Shown: piece by piece, positions 57,081 through 64,000 of the stretch
Layout: each line of letters starts with the position of its first letter
How positions within the stretch are numbered: position 1 is the first letter of the stretch
Origin: an uncultured Myxococcales bacterium
GTDB taxonomy: Bacteria; Myxococcota_A; Polyangia; Palsa-1104; JAEUJZ01
Reading direction: 5' to 3'
NCBI GenBank assembly: GCA_964460115.1
Contig: CAYWPR010000010.1
Coordinates: forward strand, 14,730 to 78,729
Length of the DNA: 64,000 bases
Notes under the pieces: generated by a model
What the model saw: only the letters and a program-made list of their open reading frames with translations
The model's database searches: none
Told to the model about the DNA's origin: nothing
Translations under genes and position numbers: made by a program

Positions 57081-57725
57081 TTAGTTTCCTTCTTTTAGGC
57101 GCGAGCGAATTTTTTCAAGCAGCTTGTCGTAGCTTTGCTCGGTGATGATCTTGTGAAACTGCGTCTTGTAGTTACGCACCAGGCTGACTTCGTCGGTGAT
57201 GATGTCCCAAACCATCCACGTCCCGCCGACTTTGTGCATTTTGTACTCGATTTCAGCGTCGGTGGTTTTGCCTTGGGTTTTGACTTTGACGATGGTTTTG
57301 ACGCGCGCTTTGTCGGCCGTTATCTGCTCGTCCGAATAGGACACTTGATAATCCAGACTGTTTTTGATCTGTTTGACGTAGTTTTTTTCGAGCATTTCAC
57401 GAAAGGCAGCGACAAATTCTTCGCGCTGCTTGGGCAGAAGCGGATTCCAGTGATCAGCCAACGAAAGCTTGGCCAGTTCCTGATAGTCCAGAATCTCGCC
57501 GGCAAGCTGCTTGATTTGATCCTTTTGCTTCTTTTCTTCAGGTGAGTCCTTGGCCGGATTTTGCCGCAGCAAACGTTCTACTTGCTCGTTGCGCTGCTTC
57601 AAAAGATCCGTAGGACGCGTGTCCGAAGCCCCGAGCGCCAGCATCGGCACTAGCAGCGCAAAAAGGTATATCGAAAGTTGTCGCAGAACCATGATCATTC
57701 CATTCCGGTTGTGCGCTTCAGCCAC
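57081..57725 (-). CDS. MlaC/Ttg2D-family periplasmic phospholipid-binding protein
   Basis: A signal peptide is present. The C-terminal block WMVWDIITDEVSLVRNYKTQF resembles the MlaC signature. Confidence 0.7.
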   Translation of the reverse strand: MAEAHNRNGMIMVLRQLSIYLFALLVPMLALGASDTRPTDLLKQRNEQVERLLRQNPAKDSPEEKKQKDQIKQLAGEILDYQELAKLSLADHWNPLLPKQREEFVAAFREMLEKNYVKQIKNSLDYQVSYSDEQITADKARVKTIVKVKTQGKTTDAEIEYKMHKVGGTWMVWDIITDEVSLVRNYKTQFHKIITEQSYDKLLEKIRSRLKEGN

Positions 57726-59065
57726 GCCAGCGTCAGGTTCGTATCCATGATGGCTTGCAGATGGCGGATGCGGAAGTCAAAGTAGGTGCGCGCGGCGTCG
57801 GTCAGCTCGCGCGCGTCAGTAGATACGGTAAGTCCCTGGGACATGTTATGGCCGACGATCACGTACCAGCCGCGGGCGACTTTTTCGGCATGCGAAAGCT
57901 TGGATTCACGGGTGCGCGCTTCATCGTAGTTGGCATAGGCCGAAGCCACTTCCACCGCGATGCCGCCAAGCGCTTGACGCCGGCGCTCTTCAGCAACTCG
58001 GGCTTCGGCGTCCGCTTGCATATAGCGCGCGCCGCGCACGCCAAAGTCGAGCGGCTGATTGAGCACCAGCATCGGCACGGGAATGCCGCTTGAAAGTGGA
58101 CTAAACTGTACCAGCGCCGACAACCCCCCTTCGACCGTTGCATAATTTCGATACGAAAGCGTCAAACGAAACCCGATGGTCGGCAACAAATCGGCGATGC
58201 GCCATTTGCGAAAGGCCTTGGCCGCAACCACGCTGGCTTCAAGCATCTTGGTTTCTGGACGGTGTCTTAGCGCCGCATCTTCAAAATATTCCAAAGATTG
58301 TTCCGCTGCCGCAGCGACCTGCAGCTCTTCATCGTCAATGTCGGCTTCTTTGTCATCCGTTAGAATCTGCAAACCGACCAGGGCCACGGTCAAACCGCGC
58401 TGTATATCGACTAGTACAAGTTCAGCGCCGTCGAGCGCCGCCTTCATGCGCGCCAAATCCGCCTCGGTGTAATTGCCTTTGTTAGCGCCATCGAGTTCCT
58501 CGGCGATTTTATCAATCCATTCCTTCAGCTTGGTCGTGCCTTCTTCGACCACAAGCTTGGCGGCGCGTGCCCATTTCAGCCCCCAGTAGGCGCGAATGGC
58601 GTTATACACAGCATCCTGTTTTGCGGCTTCGATGCCCTGTACCGATGCCTGAATTCCGGCTTTGGCCGCGCCGGTGGCAGCCTCGATCTTTCCGAAGGTA
58701 TAGATCGGCTGCAAGATGTTCAGGTCGATGCCGTAGGAGACACCGTTGATGTGATCCTTTACCGAGCGGTGATCCTCGCTGCAATCCGCTGCTTTGCCCT
58801 CGTCGTTTTTACAGGCATCGTAGTTGCCGGTAAAAAAGGCCGAAAAGTCGCCGGTGGGCATCCAGCTATAGCGAGCTTGCTTGTATAAGGATTCGGAAGC
58901 TCGCAAAGAATGGCGCGCCGCCAGCACTCCGGGATATTCGGTCGCGACTTTGGTGCAAAGTTCGCGCAGGGTGTACTTTTTGGCATGGGCAATGCCCGAC
59001 CCCGGCGAGACGAAAGACACAAACGGCCCGACGAGCAGGCCCAAAAGTAGGAAGAATCTACGCAT
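57695..59065 (-). CDS. TolC-family outer-membrane efflux protein
   Basis: A signal peptide is present. A TolC-like YTLRELC...ARHSLRASESLYKQAR repeat architecture is seen. The ATG at 59065 (MRRFFLLLGLLVG) was chosen. Confidence 0.65.
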   Translation of the reverse strand: MRRFFLLLGLLVGPFVSFVSPGSGIAHAKKYTLRELCTKVATEYPGVLAARHSLRASESLYKQARYSWMPTGDFSAFFTGNYDACKNDEGKAADCSEDHRSVKDHINGVSYGIDLNILQPIYTFGKIEAATGAAKAGIQASVQGIEAAKQDAVYNAIRAYWGLKWARAAKLVVEEGTTKLKEWIDKIAEELDGANKGNYTEADLARMKAALDGAELVLVDIQRGLTVALVGLQILTDDKEADIDDEELQVAAAAEQSLEYFEDAALRHRPETKMLEASVVAAKAFRKWRIADLLPTIGFRLTLSYRNYATVEGGLSALVQFSPLSSGIPVPMLVLNQPLDFGVRGARYMQADAEARVAEERRRQALGGIAVEVASAYANYDEARTRESKLSHAEKVARGWYVIVGHNMSQGLTVSTDARELTDAARTYFDFRIRHLQAIMDTNLTLAWLKRTTGME

Positions 59066-59283
59066 CGGTCTAATCAAGCTAAGCAAGGCGTTTAAGTTAG
59101 TTCGGCGGACACAGTATTCGATTTTTGCGTGTGCTGCCATTTGTTCGCTGAAGTTTCCGTCGAGAAAATCGCAAAACACACGATTTAGACGGCACGAAAA
59201 TGCTTTTAGCATGCAGCCCCGAGGCTTTCCAACCCTCGTTTCGCGCCTGCCGCACAATTCGCCGCTGGCGTCGGCAGATCAGC

Positions 59284-59523
59284 TTATCGAACGGGCCAGC
59301 GCAAAATGGCGCGTGCCTTGGCGAAGCGAGCGGTGATTCCTATAAGTCCCGGAAACGAAGCAATTTCCTCGAGCACTTGCAGCACTTCAGACGGCTCAAG
59401 TTCTTTTTTGCGAATTTCCAACTTGGCCGCCGCCAGGGCTAGCACGTCTTGCGCTTTGGCTTCGCCAAGAGCGCTGAACAAGGGCACAAGCTCTGTCAGC
59501 AATATGCGCGATGGCTCCGACAC
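59284..59523 (-). CDS. Small hypothetical protein (79 aa) between the FIST and TolC-like genes
   Basis: ORF only. It shares orientation and tight spacing with the flanking genes. No motif was recognised. Confidence 0.3.
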   Translation of the reverse strand: MSEPSRILLTELVPLFSALGEAKAQDVLALAAAKLEIRKKELEPSEVLQVLEEIASFPGLIGITARFAKARAILRWPVR

Positions 59524-59566
59524 GACGGGCCTCCAGCCTAATTGGGATGCTTTTGGCAGCTCCCCT

Positions 59567-60790
59567 TTAGGGCATTCCTTCTGGGCTGCCTTTGGGAAAA
59601 GCCAGAAGCACCGTGGTCGTGTTATGAAACCCGGACATGTCGTCGTCGTTCAGCGCAATCTCGCCATAGCTTTCAAAGCCGGCCAGCGGCACATTGCCAA
59701 GCTCGGCCGCAATGCTGTGCACTGCAGAGCCAAAATTGTCCTCTAGAATCAGTTTGCGGCAGGCGCAATCGATCACGAGCGCGCCGGCAATCTCGACATT
59801 GCCAAGCTGCCTGCGCGCTCGCCGGGCCGCTGCCTGGGCGCTGGCAATCTGACGCGCGCGCGTGCTGGCCATAAAATGAATCGGTGTTCCTTCCGGCATG
59901 CCGCAGGTAAAACCCATCGAGCCGTCTGAATTGCGCTTTAGCGGCATGCGAATGCGATACTCTGGACCGTTTTTGATTCCAGTTTCGTACTTTAGAAAGT
60001 AGCGCAGGATGTCGCTATCGGTCTTTAGACCCTGAAGGTCGACGCCGTCCTGCAGCGCCCGTTCGCAAGTTTTCTCCAGAAACACATCCCAGGCGGCGCG
60101 GCCGTCGATTTCGTGAACGATGTTGTCGGAAGCGCGAGTAATCGTCATCGCACCGGAAAACGGCACGTGTCCGTGGCAGACTCCAAGCGCCAGCGGCTGC
60201 TTGGAAAAAATCATGGCCACAGCCACGGCATTGCTTTCGACCTTGTCGTTATAACCCACGTAGGTCTGTTTCAGTTGCCATTCGTCGGCGGCACAGCCAC
60301 CGCACAGGCGCACACCCGGTCCCAAAAGCGCCGCGGCAATGAGCGTGGCTTCTTCACCAGCTCCCGCCAGTCCGTCGATAAATAAGATTGCCGTGCGATG
60401 CGTATAGCCCTCTTGCTCAGATGGTATATCGGCCAAAGCCTGGGTGACGGCTTGTTCGACGTTGCCTGCAAGCGGCCGTCCGATGCCGCCAAAGACGCGA
60501 AAATCGCCCGCCACGGCAAAAGCGGACACGGCGCCGCTTTGGTCCCCTTCATGCGTAAACTCGCCAGCGGTGGTCGCGCCAAGAACGATGGGAGCCAAAA
60601 CGCCGGGTTTTTGTGGCAATGCCGCAGAAAAGGCGGCAAGCACCTCGGCAAGCGGCTGGCTTAGCGAAGCGAAAATTGTTACCAGCGCCGGCGCACGACC
60701 TTCAAGCTGCGCACTCAGCCGCGTCGCCAGCGCTCGACCCGCTGCTTGTGCACTTCCTTTTTCCAAGGCAACGGCAATCTTCGTTTCCAT
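59567..60790 (-). CDS. FIST-domain sensory protein (FIST N + FIST C)
   Basis: Length and motif pattern fit FIST N/C (…HGHVPFSGAMTITRASDNIV…, C-terminal GYNDKVE/ALNDDDMSGFHNTT). Confidence 0.75.
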   Translation of the reverse strand: METKIAVALEKGSAQAAGRALATRLSAQLEGRAPALVTIFASLSQPLAEVLAAFSAALPQKPGVLAPIVLGATTAGEFTHEGDQSGAVSAFAVAGDFRVFGGIGRPLAGNVEQAVTQALADIPSEQEGYTHRTAILFIDGLAGAGEEATLIAAALLGPGVRLCGGCAADEWQLKQTYVGYNDKVESNAVAVAMIFSKQPLALGVCHGHVPFSGAMTITRASDNIVHEIDGRAAWDVFLEKTCERALQDGVDLQGLKTDSDILRYFLKYETGIKNGPEYRIRMPLKRNSDGSMGFTCGMPEGTPIHFMASTRARQIASAQAAARRARRQLGNVEIAGALVIDCACRKLILEDNFGSAVHSIAAELGNVPLAGFESYGEIALNDDDMSGFHNTTTVLLAFPKGSPEGMP

Positions 60791-60909
60791 GAATAATTCC
60801 TACAATATTTTTGTATTTTAAATTACATATATTGCTTTGTCGATAGCTCCGGCAGATTGCTAAGGCTTTTTGCATTAGTATTCTGTAAAAAGAATGGAAG
60901 GGTGACACG
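60791..60909. promoter_or_regulatory. Strongly AT-rich divergent intergenic region between the FIST operon (-) and the glutaredoxin-like gene (+)
   Basis: The sequence reads gaataattcctacaatatttttgtattttaaattacatatattgctttgtc... The GC drop is far below the ~65% background. Multiple TA-rich -10-like hexamers are present. Confidence 0.45.
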
Positions 60910-61281
60910 ATGACAAGGCCAGTTCTGGAAAATGCCCACATTCATTTCGAAGCAGCACGCCATCTCTCGAACTTTCACGCCGACACCGTGCAGGCGGTTC
61001 GCGATGCAGTGGCGCAAAATGACGTAGTGGTCGTGGGGATGGCGCAAAATCCTCATGTCAAAGGCGTCCGTCAGGCCCTGACTCAGGCGGGCATCGCTTT
61101 TAAGTATCTAGAATATGGAAGTTATTTCTCCCAATGGCAGCGGCGACTGGCCATTAAGCTGTGGAGCGGCTGGCCGACTTTTCCGCAGGTCTTTGTGCGC
61201 GGACAGCTCATCGGTGGTGAAGATCTGACCAAAGCCGCCCTCAGCAATGGAACGCTGAAAAGTCTGCTTTCGCAACGTTAA
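60910..61281 (+). CDS. Glutaredoxin-fold protein resembling monothiol Grx (Grx4/GrxD) but lacking the CGFS cysteine
   Basis: The C-terminal block SGWPTFPQVFVRGQLIGGEDL matches (SNWPTIPQVYI.GE.VGG.D in Grx4). The active-site position reads GMAQNPHVKGV and has no Cys. Confidence 0.6.
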   Translation: MTRPVLENAHIHFEAARHLSNFHADTVQAVRDAVAQNDVVVVGMAQNPHVKGVRQALTQAGIAFKYLEYGSYFSQWQRRLAIKLWSGWPTFPQVFVRGQLIGGEDLTKAALSNGTLKSLLSQR

Positions 61282-61323
61282 GATGCAAACGCCAGACCGC
61301 CGAGCACGCTACAGAATCCATCG

Positions 61324-62520
61324 GTGATGAAAGAACGTATGGCAATGAATAAGCCGCATGTCCTAGTCATCGGCGCCGGAATCGGCGGTCTGTCGGCAGC
61401 GGTGGCGCTCAAGCGGGCCGGCTGCACCGTCGAAGTTCATGAACGGGCGTTGCAGTTGCGCCCAGTCGGCGCCGGCCTGACCATTCAGCCAAATGCCATG
61501 GCCGCCTTGCGAATTCTGAACGTTGGCAATCAAGTCGAGAAGCAAGGGCACATTTTGCCCATTGGCGGTCTGGCGCTGGCAAACGGAACCTACCTGAATC
61601 ATCTACCGGAGGCGCAAAGCCAAGCGCTCATCACCGAAGTAGGAGCTCCGGCGATCGGCATTCATCGGGCGACTTTGCATGAAATTTTGCTGGAAGCCGC
61701 CGGGCCCAAGGTCCTGCATCTAGGCCGTGCCGCAGTGCGTTATGAATTCGTAGACAGCGGCGTCCAAGTGTTTTTCAGCGATGGCTCTGTCGTCACAGCG
61801 GATGCACTCATTGGCGCCGATGGAGTTCATTCGATTTGCCGACGGCAACTGCTTGATGATGGAGAACCAGTATACGCGGGATATTTTTGTTGGCGTGGCG
61901 TGGCGCCGCTGGCCGCTCCACTAGGCAGCGACTGGGCCGGCGAAGTCTGGGGCGAAACAGCGCGCTTTGGCGGATGCCAAATTGACGGAGGCCGCTTCTA
62001 CTGGTTTGTCGTGACCGATGGCCCTGCGGGCCAAAAGGATCCATCAGAGCAAAGCCAAGCCGCCGTGTTAAAAGCCTTAAGGGGCTTTGGCACAAAGTTT
62101 CACGACGTCATTCGCGCAACCGCGGAAACCGCCATTTTTCGCAGCGATATCAGCGATCGCGATCCCGTGACCAAGTGGGGCGAAGCTAAAATGACGCTGC
62201 TTGGCGATGCTGCCCACGCCATGACTCCAAACCTTGGTCAAGGGGCCTGCCAGGCCATTGAAGATGCTCTGGTTTTGGCTCTGCAGATGCACCAAACGTC
62301 AGATATTTCGCTGGCCTTGCGCAACTATGAAAAAATTCGCCAGACTCGGGTCAATCGAGTCGTGCTGGCCGCGCGCCGTCTGGGTCAAGTTGCCCACTTT
62401 CGCCACCCGCTGGCCAAAAGCTTGCGCAACGGACTGCTGCGCCTCGTTCCCAATTCCTTTGTGCGCAAGCAACTGGCCGATGCCTGGAAATTGCCGTACC
62501 AAGGCTCCTTTGTCTGTTAG
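61324..62520 (+). CDS. FAD-dependent monooxygenase (UbiH/salicylate-hydroxylase-like)
   Basis: The GxGxxG block VLVIGAGIGGLSAAVAL, the DG motif and GDAAHAMTPNLGQGACQAIEDA are present. Confidence 0.85.
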   Translation: MMKERMAMNKPHVLVIGAGIGGLSAAVALKRAGCTVEVHERALQLRPVGAGLTIQPNAMAALRILNVGNQVEKQGHILPIGGLALANGTYLNHLPEAQSQALITEVGAPAIGIHRATLHEILLEAAGPKVLHLGRAAVRYEFVDSGVQVFFSDGSVVTADALIGADGVHSICRRQLLDDGEPVYAGYFCWRGVAPLAAPLGSDWAGEVWGETARFGGCQIDGGRFYWFVVTDGPAGQKDPSEQSQAAVLKALRGFGTKFHDVIRATAETAIFRSDISDRDPVTKWGEAKMTLLGDAAHAMTPNLGQGACQAIEDALVLALQMHQTSDISLALRNYEKIRQTRVNRVVLAARRLGQVAHFRHPLAKSLRNGLLRLVPNSFVRKQLADAWKLPYQGSFVC

Positions 62521-63791
62521 GTACCAATGTCAGAACGATAGTGCATTCCGCGAAAATGAATTGCAGCGATTCCGGAATAAGCAAGCTGCCGCGCCTGCTC
62601 AGGCGTTTGCGCTTGGGCCACTACAGATAGGACTCTTCCGCCGCGGGTCCATAGCTGTCCGTGATCGTCGCGGCGCATCGCAGCATGAATCAGCCAGCGA
62701 TCGGCGCGTTCCAGATCGTGGCCTAGCGCGATGGCCTGCGGCTCGCTAGCGGCGACTTGCGGCTTGGCGTACTCGGCGCTGCATACGACGATGGCGGCCG
62801 TTGCCGCATCCGTCTGTTGCAAACGAAAATGCTCGAGCTTGCCAGCAGCCGTTGCCCAGCACAATCGCAGAAATTCTCCTGAGGCCAAACGCGGCAGGAT
62901 GACTTGCGCTTCCGGATCGCCCAGCCGGCAGTTAAATTCCAAAAGCTTAATTCCCGACGAGGTAAGCATCAGCCCCAAATACAGAAATCCCACAAAGGGG
63001 GTTCCTTTTGCGCGTAGGGCCGAAAGCGTGGGAACGACGATGCGTGCGGCCACTTCGGCAACGGTCTCCGAAGTTACCTTGGGATGCGGACACAGGGCGC
63101 CCATACCACCGGTATTGGGACCGCGGTGGTCGTCATAAAGGCGTTTATAGTCAAGCGCCGCAGGCAGGGCCACATACGAGGTTCCGTGGCATGCAAAAAT
63201 CAGAGATGCCTCGCTGCCCCAAAGGCGCTCTTCCAAAATCAGGGTTCGGCCAGCGTCGCCGAGCCGCCCTGCGAAAAGCGGCTCGGCCAGCGCCTGACAT
63301 TCCTCAGGCGTTTCCGGAAGAAAAACGCCTTTGCCGCCGCACAATCCATCCGCCTTTAGAACAGGAGTTCGCGCAAACGTCAAAAGCGCCGCGGCAAGTT
63401 CCGCACGGCTAGAAACAATGCGAAACGCCGGCGCCGGCAAATCGAGCGAACTACCTAGTTCACGCGCAAATGCCTTAGACGCTTCGATGCGCGCGGCACC
63501 GGCGCTGGGTCCGCAAACCAGCACCTTGGGGCCCAGCGAATTGTGCAAAGCATCCGCCAAACCGAAACACAGCGGCGCCTCTGGCCCGGGTACAACTAGG
63601 TGTACGCCGCGCTGGCGAATGACCTCCACCAAGCCGGCGATGTCGTTTTCGCCCACGGCCAAGTTTTCTCCGCATTCTGCGGTGCCGGAATTGCCCGGTG
63701 CAAACAGCAATTCGACATCGGGCGCGGTTCGCAGCGCTTGTCCCATGGCGTGCTCGCGCCCTCCCCCTCCCACCACCAGTAGCTTTTGCAC
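62517..63791 (-). CDS. purD: Phosphoribosylamine--glycine ligase
   Basis: PurD ATP-grasp motifs are present, starting MQKLLVVGGGGREHAMGQAL. The length is 424 aa. Confidence 0.95.
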   Translation of the reverse strand: MQKLLVVGGGGREHAMGQALRTAPDVELLFAPGNSGTAECGENLAVGENDIAGLVEVIRQRGVHLVVPGPEAPLCFGLADALHNSLGPKVLVCGPSAGAARIEASKAFARELGSSLDLPAPAFRIVSSRAELAAALLTFARTPVLKADGLCGGKGVFLPETPEECQALAEPLFAGRLGDAGRTLILEERLWGSEASLIFACHGTSYVALPAALDYKRLYDDHRGPNTGGMGALCPHPKVTSETVAEVAARIVVPTLSALRAKGTPFVGFLYLGLMLTSSGIKLLEFNCRLGDPEAQVILPRLASGEFLRLCWATAAGKLEHFRLQQTDAATAAIVVCSAEYAKPQVAASEPQAIALGHDLERADRWLIHAAMRRDDHGQLWTRGGRVLSVVAQAQTPEQARQLAYSGIAAIHFRGMHYRSDIGT

Positions 63792-63812
63792 CAGAGGTCC
63801 TTTCTTTTCGAT

Positions 63813-64000
63813 TTACGGCTGTACGGACAGGCTGACGTCTATGCGCGAGCGCCCACGACGTACACGGCGTTCCAATTCTTCATATTTGTAGCGCTTTGTG
63901 ACATAGCCCGGACTGCGCACGCTGCACTGCTCGCCCGGAGAAACGGCGCAAAGCCCGGTGCAAATTCGCGGCGGATTCGTCCCGCAGCTGACCGCAGCAT
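63813..64000 (-). CDS. Partial CDS (3' end only) of an unknown Cys-containing protein upstream of purD
   Basis: The in-frame translation reads ...CGTNPPRICTGLCAVSPGEQCSVRSPGYVTKRYKYEELERRVRRGRSRIDVSLSVQP*. The stop lies 21 nt before the purD start. The gene is truncated by the window edge. Confidence 0.35.
   Translation of the reverse strand, partial: AAVSCGTNPPRICTGLCAVSPGEQCSVRSPGYVTKRYKYEELERRVRRGRSRIDVSLSVQP

Noticed and set aside
1-64000. CRISPR arrays, IS elements, integrases and rRNA/tRNA genes
   Set aside because: No regularly spaced short direct repeats, no transposase or integrase-like ORFs and no rRNA/tRNA-like conserved segments were seen. The tandem repeats found are all protein-coding.

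Overview
This is a high-GC (roughly 63–66% by eye) bacterial chromosomal segment. The gene content suggests a Deltaproteobacteria/Myxococcota-like organism: several eukaryotic-like Ser/Thr kinases and pseudokinases with proline-rich tails, FHA domains, two sigma-54 enhancer-binding proteins and a FIST sensor. Housekeeping genes are gltA (citrate synthase), mfd, trpS, purD, mazG, kdsC, a YbdK-type carboxylate-amine ligase, an amidase and two crotonase-family enzymes. No rRNA, tRNA, CRISPR array, transposase or integrase was recognised. The less ordinary content follows. (1) A solitary phage-tail-tube/eCIS-tube-like protein (T4 gp19/PF06841-type) is fused to a ~250-aa disordered tail made of three different tandem repeat classes. 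It is divergent from a lipoprotein, an FHA–GAF–sigma-54 activator and an FHA–Ser/Thr kinase. (2) A type-II-PKS-like KS / inactive KS-partner / LpxL-type acyltransferase operon is convergent with kdsC. (3) A divergent PurA-family ligase has lost the aspartate-binding Arg cluster and follows a predicted pseudokinase. (4) There are two MoaD/ThiS/CysO-like sulfur-carrier/ubiquitin-like proteins whose Gly-Gly is followed by extra residues. One is translationally coupled to a BNR-repeat beta-propeller protein. (5) An ERG2/sigma-1-receptor-family protein sits between an amidase and a NodU/CmcH carbamoyltransferase. (6) A TPR–VWA–outer-membrane-barrel operon carries a Gly/Met-rich low-complexity segment. 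(7) A FIST / small ORF / TolC-like / MlaC operon is driven from a strikingly AT-rich divergent region. (8) Palindromic hairpins and operators are reported as regulatory features. All calls rest on motif recognition by eye; no database search was run. Coordinates of small hairpin features may be off by 1–2 nt.
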